Positions 22,801 through 31,408 of a stretch of DNA of 64,000 bases are shown here, one piece after another. The DNA is taken from positions 149 to 64,148 of the forward strand of contig CAUPCM010000005.1 in NCBI GenBank assembly GCA_963509815.1. Reading direction: 5' to 3'. Numbering within the stretch: the stretch's first letter is position 1; each line of letters starts with the position of its first letter. Below the pieces are notes generated by a model that had not been told where the DNA came from, ran no database searches, and saw only the letters and a program-made list of their open reading frames with translations. Source of the DNA: an uncultured Atopobium sp. GTDB lineage: Bacteria > Actinomycetota > Coriobacteriia > Coriobacteriales > Atopobiaceae. Position numbers and translations under genes: made by a program.

Positions 22801-23204
22801 GCGCTCATTACGCACTCGTTAGGCCCTTGAGGAAGCCTTCCCTCAACAACTATTGGCTGGTTAAGCTCACCGGGTCTAAAAGAACTCACACGAGCAGTAG
22901 ATTGCGATGACGTCAACGTAGCCATAACGTCTACCGTGCGAGAAGGCATAACCGCCTCAACGCCCTCAACTGATGCAAGGGCGGAAACGTCCTTCTCGCT
23001 TAATCCAAGTGTTGAGATGACGCGAAGGTCATAAAGATGCTGGTTTGCGTAAAACGTATGAGCCGCTTCTTGCATGTCAGGGCTTGCCATTTTGAGTCCC
23101 GCAAAGAAGCCGCAGCCCAACGCCACAATTCCTGCAATTGCAAGAAATCTGGCGAGAGACCCTTTGATGGTCCGAGTAATCTCGGTGAAAAGAGCGTGGG
23201 GCAT
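19872..23204 (-). CDS. ABC transporter permease with duplicated FtsX domains (MacB-like) and a large coiled-coil ectodomain
   Basis: About 1110 aa. The order is a TM helix, an ectodomain containing about 295 aa of Ala/Gln-rich coiled coil (aa ~250-545), three TM helices, one TM helix, a second ectodomain, and three TM helices. The ATG at 23204 lies 2 nt after the ATPase stop; a GTG at 23213 is the alternative start. Confidence 0.85.
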   Translation of the reverse strand: MPHALFTEITRTIKGSLARFLAIAGIVALGCGFFAGLKMASPDMQEAAHTFYANQHLYDLRVISTLGLSEKDVSALASVEGVEAVMPSRTVDVMATLTSSQSTARVSSFRPGELNQPIVVEGRLPQGPNECVMSADPKKRADISLGQQIELPDTSNGVHLKGGSYTVVGFVNAPTYPYVSNFGTTSLGNGIVQQFVYVTEDAFADDDPYTEVYLTVQGATRYKSGSSAYQSAVDSVAERIAQMNPSLAALRLQELKDDAQAQVDEARQKLEQSRQEAADKLGDAQKKLDDAEAQISAQQQKLADGQRQYDAGRQQLTASRYRAEQQFAHAEAQIAASEAQIAQGTAELSAGEAQYQAGLAAFNAGQATFTQQKSAFEAGRDAFLSGLAAQGITASTLEEAQQQLSALGLPTSQADALLATQAQISAAEAELASQQQALAAAREELDQRTAQLHEAESQVAQARQDLSEARSATADQLAAAQEKLAASLSRLSAGQTALQSAEAQTNEGRRSLEEQRAEVEKQLADGQAKIDEAQKKIDELKEPDVYILDRTKEIGIAAYQADSERINDIANVFPLMFFLVAALVSLTSMTRMVSEERTLIGVHKALGYSTVQIAAKYLLYALSASLLGAVIGIACLSQVLPGVIVSAYGSIYTIPNGGAPYPIQLDSALLSGLSGIGITLLSTTAAVLSSLKEEPSSLMLPKAPKAGSKILLERVKPLWSRLSFSWKVTIRNLVRYKRRLIMTLVGIAGCTALLLVAFGLRDSISDIIDNQWPAISHYDYIVGMTSDVSEEEADQINAQLNQVGATNIHRITRENVLLESPTQKAGSLTRTTIMTSNSLQDLTGLVTLRNRLSGQAIELGEDSVVITEKLAKRLGVGVGDTIQVYAQDRIGNASGEPSTLTITGVAENYVGSYLYVGPSAWHSLGIQDDATDGWYATLPENQTTRDAFGEKLINQAGVATVDDVNEAIHTYKESLAVVNRVVAILIVAAALLAFIVLYNLTNINIEERIREIASLKVLGFTRHEVDAYVFREIALLAVFGALFGLVLGTYLEGFVVQTAEIDLVMFGRAIHAPSYWFAFGLTLVFSLLVYVAMRPKLKNIDMVESLKSVE

Positions 23205-23206
23205 AA

Positions 23207-23908
23207 CTACCACTCAACGGTAAGTGCGTCAGCTGGGTGCTGATTAATTTCTACCGATTGAGCCTGACCCTCTTTAACGTGAATTACCCTATCGGCAATT
23301 TGAGTGAACGCAAAGTTGTGCGTAACAATAGCCACGGTCTTGTGCTGTTCTTTGCACATATCCTGCAAGAGCTTAAGAATTTGCTTTCCTGTTTTATAAT
23401 CCAGCGCACCTGTTGGCTCATCGCAAAGCAAAAGACGCGGGTTCTTTGCCAAAGCACGCGCAATAGAAACACGTTGCTGTTCTCCACCAGAGAGTTGAGC
23501 TGGGAAGTTATCCATACGATGCACAAGGCCAACAGCTCGAAGTGCATCTTCTGGCTGCATGGGGTCAAGACAAATCTGAGAAGCAAGCTCAACGTTTTCT
23601 TTTGCAGTGAGATTAGGAACAAGATTGTAAAACTGGAAAACAAAGCCGATGTCGTGACGGCGATAGAGCGTTCTTTCTTTTTCTGAAAGCCCGCCAATTT
23701 CTTTTCCGTCTAAATAAATAGACCCGGAGGTACAGGTATCCATACCTCCGAGCATATTTAAGACAGTTGTTTTACCGGCACCTGATGGGCCAACAATTAC
23801 GCAAAGCTCGCCCTCTTCTATGGAGAAATTCATGTCATGGACAGCGTGCACCTTGACGGAGCCCATGGTATACGTCTTTGTTACCTCTTTAAATTCAACA
23901 AAAGACAT
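23207..23908 (-). CDS. ABC transporter ATP-binding protein (MacB/LolD-type)
   Basis: Walker [10 protein letters not shown], signature [15 protein letters not shown], Walker [13 protein letters not shown]. Confidence 0.95.
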   Translation of the reverse strand: MSFVEFKEVTKTYTMGSVKVHAVHDMNFSIEEGELCVIVGPSGAGKTTVLNMLGGMDTCTSGSIYLDGKEIGGLSEKERTLYRRHDIGFVFQFYNLVPNLTAKENVELASQICLDPMQPEDALRAVGLVHRMDNFPAQLSGGEQQRVSIARALAKNPRLLLCDEPTGALDYKTGKQILKLLQDMCKEQHKTVAIVTHNFAFTQIADRVIHVKEGQAQSVEINQHPADALTVEW

Positions 23909-23960
23909 ACGTTTCTCCTATGAAAAGAATCCTCCAAACAAGAAGAGAGTGCGTGAACAG

Positions 23961-24593
23961 CTACTCCTGTGGAGCCTCAGGTGCTGCTGGAGCTGCTGGA
24001 GCTGCAGGAGCTACTGTTGCCTCAGGTGCAACGGCTGTGACGGTTGCTTCTGGAGCAGGTGCTGCCGTAGCCTCTGCAGTTACGGGAACTACAGGAGCAA
24101 CCTCTGCGCCCTCAGTTGCAAGAGGCATTGGAGTAACAACAACCTCTTCCTCCTCAAGATCAGCCTGACGCTGGTCAAACTCTTTTTTGGCACGAACCCA
24201 AATGAGAAGTGCAAGAAGAGCGGTAAAGAGCAGGAAGGTAACAATCATGACGTTAAGAATAAGGGTGGTGAAGTTCACTGCTTGGCTGATAGAAATCATC
24301 ACAGAGAGCTCTGTAAGTGCGGAAGTTAAACCAACTACAGAGAGAATGGAAAGACCCCACCTAAGACGAGGACGGAAGCCCCTCAAAAGACCTGAAACCG
24401 CAGCAAAAAGGTAGCACAGGAAAATAATGTAGGTAATACGTGCAAGCATCAGAGAAATAGGGTTTGTCTGACGAGTTGCAAAGTTAAATACCGTATGGAA
24501 ATAGCTGAGATACTGAACAGGTGCAACAAAATCAATGACAATAAAAATGAGAGCCGCAATTGCTGGGATGACAATTTTTGCTTTGGGGTTCAT
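23961..24593 (-). CDS. hypothetical polytopic membrane protein with a C-terminal Ala/Pro/Thr/Glu/Val-rich low-complexity tail
   Basis: 210 aa, about 5 hydrophobic helices, then ...VVVTPMPLATEGAEVAPVVPVTAEATAAPAPEATVTAVAPEATVAPAAPAAPAAPEAPQE. It is the first gene of the ABC cluster. Confidence 0.6.
   Translation of the reverse strand: MNPKAKIVIPAIAALIFIVIDFVAPVQYLSYFHTVFNFATRQTNPISLMLARITYIIFLCYLFAAVSGLLRGFRPRLRWGLSILSVVGLTSALTELSVMISISQAVNFTTLILNVMIVTFLLFTALLALLIWVRAKKEFDQRQADLEEEEVVVTPMPLATEGAEVAPVVPVTAEATAAPAPEATVTAVAPEATVAPAAPAAPAAPEAPQE
23983..24012. repeat. in-frame 9-bp tandem repeat (gctgctgga x about 3.3) encoding PAAPAAPAAP
   Basis: gctgctgga gctgctgga gctgcagga gct, read directly. 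Confidence 0.8.
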
Positions 24594-24642
24594 GAAACCT
24601 CCTCGATTTCTTTATACGACCTGTCTATTTTATCGTATAAAC

Positions 24643-24864
24643 CTATGACCAGTGTGGTAAGTCATGAAAGTCTTTTATATGGTCTTGAGCTTCCTGTTCT
24701 CTTTCTGCCAAGGCTTCTCGTAAACCTTTCAGTGCATCAAAAGGCATAAATATTTTTGCCCTATTTGCTCGCGACATACGAGGGTGTCCGTAATGCATCT
24801 GAGCTGCAAACGCATCCTCTTTTGCGGTGGCTTCCGCTGGCGAGAAACCCTGTTTAGGCCTCAT
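24643..24864 (-). CDS. YolD-like protein (small partner of Y-family polymerases)
   Basis: The ATG at 24864 has GGAG 9 nt upstream and overlaps the polymerase stop by 11 nt. The motif KIFMPFDALKGLREAL fits the YolD-like family, as does the position directly after a UmuC/UvrX-like gene. The ORF track extends to 24966. Confidence 0.65.
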   Translation of the reverse strand: MRPKQGFSPAEATAKEDAFAAQMHYGHPRMSRANRAKIFMPFDALKGLREALAEREQEAQDHIKDFHDLPHWS

Positions 24865-26197
24865 TGGTTTCTTCTCCACTACGGTGTCCTCCAATCTGAG
24901 CATTTCTCTGACGTGCCGTTGCTTCGGGGAGCAAGTCCATAGCTTTGAGCAAGGAGTTCTTACCAAACTTCTTCTTTATGGCATTGATAGTATCTTGACG
25001 CTGGCGCTCTCTTTCTAAAACGGTGTTGTCCTGGAAAAGCGATGTCTGAATACCCGAGCCCGTTTCTTCTTGAGTGTTTCCGAAGGTAAGGCCCACGCGA
25101 TGCACACTTTCTGTAGGTAGTACGCGCTCGTCAAAGAAAGACAAAACTTCTGCCATAAGCTCATCTCTAGAGTTAGTAGGATAAGAGAGCTTCTTAGTAC
25201 CGCTACTGGAAGGAATATGTCTTCTCCAGCTCCTATAATCTCCTGTTTGCCTCAGCTCTTCCATCTGGCTCTCTGTTGCCGAGTAGCCAATATAGATACC
25301 AATAGAAGAGCAAACGAGCTTTTGTGTTACAAGCTCTAAGGACAGCGCCTCAACCATCTCTTTAAAGATAAGACGAGCACCCTCTGTATCTCTGTTGTGA
25401 TCAAAGACCTGTGCCGTTGAGACAGAATGACTTTGAGACTTATAGGCCTTAATATCTGCAATAGTAGTTGGTTCAATACCCCACGCATGATCAATAAGAA
25501 TTTCTGCATCAACGCCAAATTCTTTATACAAAGGCTCTGTAGGAGCCATGGCAAGCTGCGCCATGGTGTGAATATTCATTGCCGCAAGACGCTTTTGAAT
25601 ACCTGCACCAATATGCCAAAAATCAGCCAAAGGTTTATGGTTCCAAAGTTTAAGCTTGTACGACTCTTCATCAAGCTCACCAAAGAAGTTGGGGCTGTGC
25701 TTTGCCGTAATATCAAGCGCAATTTTTGCGAGATACAAGTTTGGGCCCAAACCACAGGTAGCAGGAATACCCGTAGTTTTTGCTACGTCTGCACGGATTT
25801 TCTCGCCTAGCTCTCTTGCCGTGCATCCATAAAGCGATAAGTACGGTGTTACATCAATAAATGCCTCGTCAATGGAGTAGACATGGATGTCTTCTGGGGC
25901 AATGTATTTGAGGTACACCGAATAGACATCTGCAGAGCGCTCCACATACAAAGCCATGCGGGGAGGCGCCACCTCGTACGTAAGATTTTTGGGAATCTCA
26001 AAAACACGACAACGTCCAGGAACACCCAACGCACGAAGCGCCGGTGAAACCGCCAAACAAATTGTCTTTTCTGTCCTGGTAAGATCAGCCACAACAAGCT
26101 TGGCCTTCATGGGATCAAGGCCTCGCTCAACACACTCAACCGATGCGTAGAAACTCTTTAGGTCAATAACCAGGTACTGTTTTTGAGAAGGTGCCAT
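24854..26197 (-). CDS. Y-family DNA polymerase (UmuC/ImpB/UvrX-like)
   Basis: 447 aa. DLKSFYASVECVERGLDP and YSIDEAFIDVT are Y-family catalytic motifs. Confidence 0.88.
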   Translation of the reverse strand: MAPSQKQYLVIDLKSFYASVECVERGLDPMKAKLVVADLTRTEKTICLAVSPALRALGVPGRCRVFEIPKNLTYEVAPPRMALYVERSADVYSVYLKYIAPEDIHVYSIDEAFIDVTPYLSLYGCTARELGEKIRADVAKTTGIPATCGLGPNLYLAKIALDITAKHSPNFFGELDEESYKLKLWNHKPLADFWHIGAGIQKRLAAMNIHTMAQLAMAPTEPLYKEFGVDAEILIDHAWGIEPTTIADIKAYKSQSHSVSTAQVFDHNRDTEGARLIFKEMVEALSLELVTQKLVCSSIGIYIGYSATESQMEELRQTGDYRSWRRHIPSSSGTKKLSYPTNSRDELMAEVLSFFDERVLPTESVHRVGLTFGNTQEETGSGIQTSLFQDNTVLERERQRQDTINAIKKKFGKNSLLKAMDLLPEATARQRNAQIGGHRSGEETNEA

Positions 26198-26200
26198 GGC

Positions 26201-26773
26201 CTAAATAAGCACAATACCTTGAGAAACTTTTTCTGCCACGTCATTACCTACAAGATAACGGACAATCTCTAGGCCAAACTTAAGAGCGGTTCCTGCACCT
26301 TGGCTGGTAATGAAAGAGCCATCAACACAAACCGCATCTTGCGAAAGATTGGCGCCATTCTCTGAGAGAAAATACTGGAAACCTGGGTTGGAAGTGGCCT
26401 TCTTACCCGTAAGTAATCCGCGCTTAGCATAAATTGAAGGAGCTGCACAAATTGCGGCAAGCGCGCGACCATCTGCTGCAAACGCATCAACTGCCTGCAT
26501 AAGTGGCTCACAAGCCTCAAGATTAGTGGTTCCGGGAAGACCACCAGGAAGCACCAACATGCTGTAATCATCAAACGAAACCTGACTGAGCAGCTTGTCT
26601 GTTAAAAAGGTAACCTGATGAGAAGAAGTCACACTCAAAGAATCAGATATAGACACTTTGTCACAGGGAATACCTGCACGATACAGGACATCAACAACGC
26701 TCAGTCCCTCAATCTCTTCACAACCATCAGCAAAAAAGACAGCAACGCGCTTGTCAGTATATGGTGTAAACAT
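26201..26773 (-). CDS. DJ-1/PfpI/ThiJ family protein
   Basis: VAVFFADGCEEIE, LVLPGG and AAICAAPS (nucleophile elbow). The ATG at 26773 has GAAGGGAG upstream. The longer track ORF would overlap the upstream terminator hairpin. Confidence 0.85.
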   Translation of the reverse strand: MFTPYTDKRVAVFFADGCEEIEGLSVVDVLYRAGIPCDKVSISDSLSVTSSHQVTFLTDKLLSQVSFDDYSMLVLPGGLPGTTNLEACEPLMQAVDAFAADGRALAAICAAPSIYAKRGLLTGKKATSNPGFQYFLSENGANLSQDAVCVDGSFITSQGAGTALKFGLEIVRYLVGNDVAEKVSQGIVLI

Positions 26774-26821
26774 CTGACTCCCTTCTCGACTAAAATTAGT
26801 ACAAGTGTACGCCTTTTTACA

Positions 26822-26860
26822 CAAAAATGGACACTCAAGTTTGTACTTGAGTGTCCAAAA
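26822..26860 (-). terminator. intrinsic terminator after the PTS EIIA gene (symmetric, potentially bidirectional)
   Basis: ggacactcaagt-ttgt-acttgagtgtcc is a perfect 12-bp stem flanked by A and T runs. Confidence 0.7.
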
Positions 26861-26923
26861 TTTTACCCAGTTAAACTGTTGCAGAAAGTACCTGCCAAGC
26901 CCTCTATAACCTGGCGAGAAACC

Positions 26924-27382
26924 CTACTCCTCGTTAATGCCCTCGTTAATAGCCTGAGCGATAGCTTCCTGATCATTAGAGCCACGAAGGAAGGACTTAA
27001 ACTCATCTCTCATCAGAAGAACAGCGGTCTTAGAAAGAAGCTTGATGTGAGTGGTGCCAGCCTCTCCATCTGGGACAAGCAGTGCAATAGCAACATCAAC
27101 GGGCTTCTCGTCAAAAGAAGGCCACTCAAGAGGGGTGTTGTTCTTGAAGACAAAGACAGCTGCGTCCTTGATAGCCGCGTCTTTTGCGTGAGGAACTGCA
27201 AAGCCGTCAGTCATGCCGGTCTCACCCATCTCCTCGCGAGCTAGGAAAGCGTTGTAAACAGCGTCTGCATTATCAGTTACGCCAGCCTCCTGAGCCTTAT
27301 TGGCAATAAAACGCAGGACATCATTACGGCTCGCTGCGTTCTGGTTTACAAAAACATTGTCTGCCTTAACAAAACCGCTCAT
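26924..27382 (-). CDS. PTS EIIA component, fructose/mannitol (type 2, PtsN-like) family, orphan
   Basis: 152 aa. GMTDGFAVPHAK carries the phosphorylatable His, and ALLVPDGEAGTTHIKLL is also typical. No EIIB or EIIC gene is nearby. Confidence 0.85.
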   Translation of the reverse strand: MSGFVKADNVFVNQNAASRNDVLRFIANKAQEAGVTDNADAVYNAFLAREEMGETGMTDGFAVPHAKDAAIKDAAVFVFKNNTPLEWPSFDEKPVDVAIALLVPDGEAGTTHIKLLSKTAVLLMRDEFKSFLRGSNDQEAIAQAINEGINEE

Positions 27383-27475
27383 GAATCTTCCTTCCGTATG
27401 TTTGAGCTTTGTGGCTCAGTAACTTCGTATGTAGTAATAATACCCGCAATGAAACAAAATTTGCCTTGAAAAACT

Positions 27476-28669
27476 TTACTTTAGAGCCATCCTCAGAATC
27501 TGCTGAACATCTGCTGTTTTAAGTTGCATAAAGTTGCCTGCATGGTCTCCACCGCGAGCGTCAATAGTGCCCTCAGCCATCTGAAGAATATCCTCTTCAG
27601 AAGGGGCAACTCCAAGCTCAGCAAGGGAGGTTGGCATACCAATTGCATGACACCACTGATTCCACGCCTCAATTCCTGCAAGGCCTGTAACGACAGGATT
27701 ATGGAAGTTGTTTTGAACTCCAAAAACATTGACGGCAAACTGCGCAAAGCGCTCTGGATCTTGGACCATAACGTAGCGGGCCCAACTTGCCCAAATAGCC
27801 GTGAGTCCAGCACCATGAGCTACGTCATACTTTGCACTGAGCTCATGCTCAATTGCATGAGAGGCAAAATCGCTTACGCGACCTGTACCGGTAAGTCCGC
27901 AGTGAGAAAGCGATGAGGCCCAGAGCAAATCTGCTCGTGCAGCATAGTTTTCTGGTTCTTTAATGGCAACCAGAACAGCTTCTTTTACGGTACGCAAGAG
28001 TCCCTCGGCAAGCTCGTCGGTGAGTGCCACGTCCTTCTCGAGCGTAAAGTAGCGCTCCATGGTGTGCATCATGATATCTGCGCCCGTTGATGCTGTCTGA
28101 TAAGCGCTCACAGAGTAAGTGAGCTCTGGATTCATGATGGCAAAGCAAGGACGACCGCACTGATGGTGATAAGAACGTTTAAGCACGCGACCATCGGCCA
28201 GCGTAATGTTCATGACAGAAGAATCTGAGGTCTCAGAGCCAGTTCCTGCGATAGTGGAGATGACACCAATAGGAGCTGCCTTTGAAACACTGACCTTATG
28301 CAAATAGAGGTCTTCAAGAGAAACATCATTGGCTAAGCCGTATGCAATAGCCTTAGCAGAATCCATGACAGATCCGCCACCGATAGCCAAAATGAAGTCA
28401 ACACCCTCGCGTTTACCCAGCTCTACAGCTTCTTCTGCAAGCTCTAAACGAGGGTTAGGAACAACTCCACCACAGTCAACATACGTAATTCCGGCATCGC
28501 TTAAAAGCTGGTGAATCTGGTCAAGCAAGCCGCTCTTTACCACATGATTGCCACCAAAATGCACTAGCACCTTGCTGCCTCCGTGAGCAGAGACAAGCTC
28601 TGCCGCACGAAGCTGAGTATCTTTTCCAAAAACCACCTGAGTAGGTACAACGTACTCAAAATTAACCAT
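27476..28669 (-). CDS. iron-containing alcohol dehydrogenase (butanol dehydrogenase/YqhD-like)
   Basis: 397 aa. AIGGGSVMDSAKAIA, the GTGSE motif and HAIEHELSAKYDVAHGAGL metal ligands. Confidence 0.9.
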   Translation of the reverse strand: MVNFEYVVPTQVVFGKDTQLRAAELVSAHGGSKVLVHFGGNHVVKSGLLDQIHQLLSDAGITYVDCGGVVPNPRLELAEEAVELGKREGVDFILAIGGGSVMDSAKAIAYGLANDVSLEDLYLHKVSVSKAAPIGVISTIAGTGSETSDSSVMNITLADGRVLKRSYHHQCGRPCFAIMNPELTYSVSAYQTASTGADIMMHTMERYFTLEKDVALTDELAEGLLRTVKEAVLVAIKEPENYAARADLLWASSLSHCGLTGTGRVSDFASHAIEHELSAKYDVAHGAGLTAIWASWARYVMVQDPERFAQFAVNVFGVQNNFHNPVVTGLAGIEAWNQWCHAIGMPTSLAELGVAPSEEDILQMAEGTIDARGGDHAGNFMQLKTADVQQILRMALK

Positions 28670-28704
28670 AACTAAAGACCTTTCTTACCTACTCGAGCAA
28701 CATC

Positions 28705-29589
28705 TTAAGCGCGAGGTTCTTCTCCCCACCAGAATGTTGCAACAGTTCCAGGACCAGTATGAACACCAATAGTTGCGCCAATGGTAAAGATGTTGATATC
28801 ACCGGTCTGTGGAAGCTTTTCTTGAATAAGCTCTTTGACAGCCTGAGCATCAGAGGCGCACTCAGAGTTAGAGATAAACACTTTACGTGTGTAAGAACTG
28901 CCCTGCTCTACAGTTTGAGTCATAATCTCGACAACGCGAGCAATTGCCTTCTTTTTGCCACGCGCCTTCTCTTTAACAGCCAAAGAACCGTCGGCCTCGA
29001 TATCCATAACAGGACAAATGTTAAGCATGCCGCCAAGCAGGCCAGCGGTCTTGGAAATGCGACCACCACGGACAAAGAAGGTCAAGTCTGTTGAGAAGAA
29101 CCATCCATACACACGGTGACGAGCCTCTTTAGCCCATGCAACTGCCTCGTCAAAAGACAGGCCCTCGTCGCGCTTATCGGCAAGACCGTCTACCAAGAGA
29201 CCATAGCCAGAAGATGCCTGCAAAGAGTCAACGACCTCAATCTTTCTGTCTGGGAACTCCTGCTCAATTTCTACCTTTGCCTGGCAAGCAGACTCATACG
29301 TTCCAGAAACGCCAGAACTCAACGAAACATGAAGAACGTCTTTGCCCTCCTCAAGGAAAGGACGCCAGAAAGCCATGTACTCACCAATTGATACCTGTGA
29401 AGTACGGCACTCAGCGCCTGCAAGCATCTTTTTATAGAGGTCAGCTGGTGAATTAGTGCGACCAAAGTCATCCTTGCACTGAACACCATCAAGCTCGTAG
29501 TTGAAATATACGTATTTCACATCACGTGACTGAAGGTACTTCTCACTTACATCGGCCGTAGAGCAACAGGTCAGAACGTAGTTGGACAT
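28705..29589 (-). CDS. DegV family fatty-acid-binding protein (second copy)
   Basis: SLSSGVSGTYESA and HTGPGTVATFWWG. The ATG at 29589 has AAGGAG upstream; the track ORF starts at 29631. Confidence 0.88.
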   Translation of the reverse strand: MSNYVLTCCSTADVSEKYLQSRDVKYVYFNYELDGVQCKDDFGRTNSPADLYKKMLAGAECRTSQVSIGEYMAFWRPFLEEGKDVLHVSLSSGVSGTYESACQAKVEIEQEFPDRKIEVVDSLQASSGYGLLVDGLADKRDEGLSFDEAVAWAKEARHRVYGWFFSTDLTFFVRGGRISKTAGLLGGMLNICPVMDIEADGSLAVKEKARGKKKAIARVVEIMTQTVEQGSSYTRKVFISNSECASDAQAVKELIQEKLPQTGDINIFTIGATIGVHTGPGTVATFWWGEEPRA

Positions 29590-29790
29590 ACGAGTCTCCT
29601 TGAAATATCTTCTTGCATAAAACAATCGCACACACTTATTTTTCTTGCAGATGTGAGTATACTTCTAATCTCATTTTTATGCTGCTTGTGGGGCGCTTCA
29701 AGTGCAAAATCACGTATACTTGCACGCGTTTGATTTTCTCAAATCACTACCTATACCTTAACTTTTACCTTCGACGGGAATGGATAGCGC

Positions 29791-30738
29791 GTGGCATCAT
29801 CAGATCTTTCTACTAGAAACTCTTCCGGACTCACACTAGATACTTCTTCTACGCTTGTATGGAAGTTTGCCCTTCTTATCTGCGCGCTTATCTGGGGTGG
29901 GTCATTTGTTGTTATCAAGGATGCAATTAGTTACATCTCGGCAGCCTGGCTTATGACCTTACGTTTTGTTATTGCTGTAGGTATTGTTGCCATCATCTTT
30001 AGAAAAAATCTCAAAGAGCACTTAGATTTCACGCATATCAAATACGGTGTGCTTTTAGGTGTTCTCAACGGTTTAGGATACCTGTTCCAAAACATGGCAC
30101 TTGCCTATACAACCGCTGGTAAAGCAGCCTTTATTGCATCAATTTATTGCGCGATGATCCCGTTTGTAAACTGGCTCATTGCCAAGAAAAAGCCTCATGG
30201 AACCAGTATTTTTGCAGCCTTTTTATGCGTGGCTGGCATTGGCCTTATCTCGCTGGGCACTGATTTCTCGTTCTCGTTTGGCTTGGGCGAGCAGATGACA
30301 TTGCTCTCAGCCATTATTTTTGCTTTTGACTTTGTGCTTATTGCCGAGCTTGCTCACAAATACGACATCATCACGCTTACGGTGGTGCAGCTTGGCGTGA
30401 GTGCTCTTCCCTGCCTTGTCTACGCCCTTTGCTTTGAGACCGTTCCTCAGTTTGCGACATTGTCCACAAATGCCTGGCTTGCCCTGGCCTACATCACTCT
30501 CATTGCTACCGCACTGACCGGTGTTTTGCAGAATCGTGCGCAGAAGTCAGTTGCTCCTGTTCAGGCTTCACTGATTATCTCTCTGGACAGTATTTTTGCA
30601 GCAGTTTTTGGCGTCATCTTCCTTGCCGAGGTTATTACCCCCACAATCTTCCTGGGCTTTATTGTTATCTTTGTTGCAATCTTTATCAGCGAGGTTGGCG
30701 AGAAACCCGCAGAGCCCCAAACCGCTTCAGAAAGCTAA
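29791..30738 (+). CDS. DMT superfamily (EamA-like) transporter
   Basis: 315 aa, 10 hydrophobic helices in two EamA-like halves. The GTG start is uncertain. Confidence 0.75.
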   Translation: MASSDLSTRNSSGLTLDTSSTLVWKFALLICALIWGGSFVVIKDAISYISAAWLMTLRFVIAVGIVAIIFRKNLKEHLDFTHIKYGVLLGVLNGLGYLFQNMALAYTTAGKAAFIASIYCAMIPFVNWLIAKKKPHGTSIFAAFLCVAGIGLISLGTDFSFSFGLGEQMTLLSAIIFAFDFVLIAELAHKYDIITLTVVQLGVSALPCLVYALCFETVPQFATLSTNAWLALAYITLIATALTGVLQNRAQKSVAPVQASLIISLDSIFAAVFGVIFLAEVITPTIFLGFIVIFVAIFISEVGEKPAEPQTASES

Positions 30739-30763
30739 GGCTCTCTCCATAAAACGTACCTAA

Positions 30764-30792
30764 GAAAAAAGCCCGCAGACGCGGGCTTTTTA
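30764..30792. terminator. bidirectional intrinsic terminator between the DMT gene and nrdG
   Basis: aaaaaagcccgc-agac-gcgggctttttat. Confidence 0.8.
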
Positions 30793-30808
30793 TTGCGATA
30801 AGCAGCTT

Positions 30809-31351
30809 TTACATCTCACGAGAACTCAGCATAGGTCCGTCGGACCAAAGGGTAATCTCTCCTGAGGTCAGTGTTTTAGGAACATCAATAAGACGCTGGT
30901 TGGAAGAGCCTCTAAAACGCAAGGTAATATCGTGGAGACTCTGAACCCATGGACCGTCCACCAGTACATCAATACAAGACAGAATGCGGTCAGTGTACTC
31001 TGTGTGCCACTTTCCCTCGGTCAGCTGATCCCAGGTGTGACCCGAATACATCCAAATGCTCTTTTGTGGGTAGGTAGCTCTGACCTTCTCGACAAACTCA
31101 ACAAGACCTTCTTGGTTTTCTGGCTCAAAAGGCTCTCCACCAAGAATGGAAAGACCGTTGATATAGACAGGTGCAAGAGAGTCAATAATCTCTTGCTCAA
31201 CTTCTGGAGTAAACTCTCCGCCGCTCTTGAAATCCCACGCCTCGTAATTAAAGCAGCCTTCACAGTGCAGACGGCAGCCTGAAACAAACAGAGTTGTTCT
31301 TACGCCAACACCATTTGCAATATCTGAAAACTTAATATTTGAATAGTTCAT
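30809..31351 (-). CDS. nrdG: anaerobic ribonucleoside-triphosphate reductase activating protein
   Basis: MNYSNIKFSDIANGVGVRTTLFVSGCRLHCEGCFN is the radical-SAM CxxxCxxC cluster typical of NrdG. It lies downstream of nrdD. Confidence 0.93.
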   Translation of the reverse strand: MNYSNIKFSDIANGVGVRTTLFVSGCRLHCEGCFNYEAWDFKSGGEFTPEVEQEIIDSLAPVYINGLSILGGEPFEPENQEGLVEFVEKVRATYPQKSIWMYSGHTWDQLTEGKWHTEYTDRILSCIDVLVDGPWVQSLHDITLRFRGSSNQRLIDVPKTLTSGEITLWSDGPMLSSREM

Positions 31352-31408
31352 ACATAACCTTTGATGGGTAACTTCCACATATTGTGGATGTTACCTGATA
31401 GAGATAAT

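Noticed and set aside
26774-26923. Possible LexA/SOS box upstream of the DJ-1 / Y-family polymerase operon.
   Set aside because: No GAAC-N4-GTTC or TCGAAC-N4-GTTCGA motif is visible. The prominent palindrome here (26829-26856) is better explained as the terminator of the upstream PTS EIIA gene.
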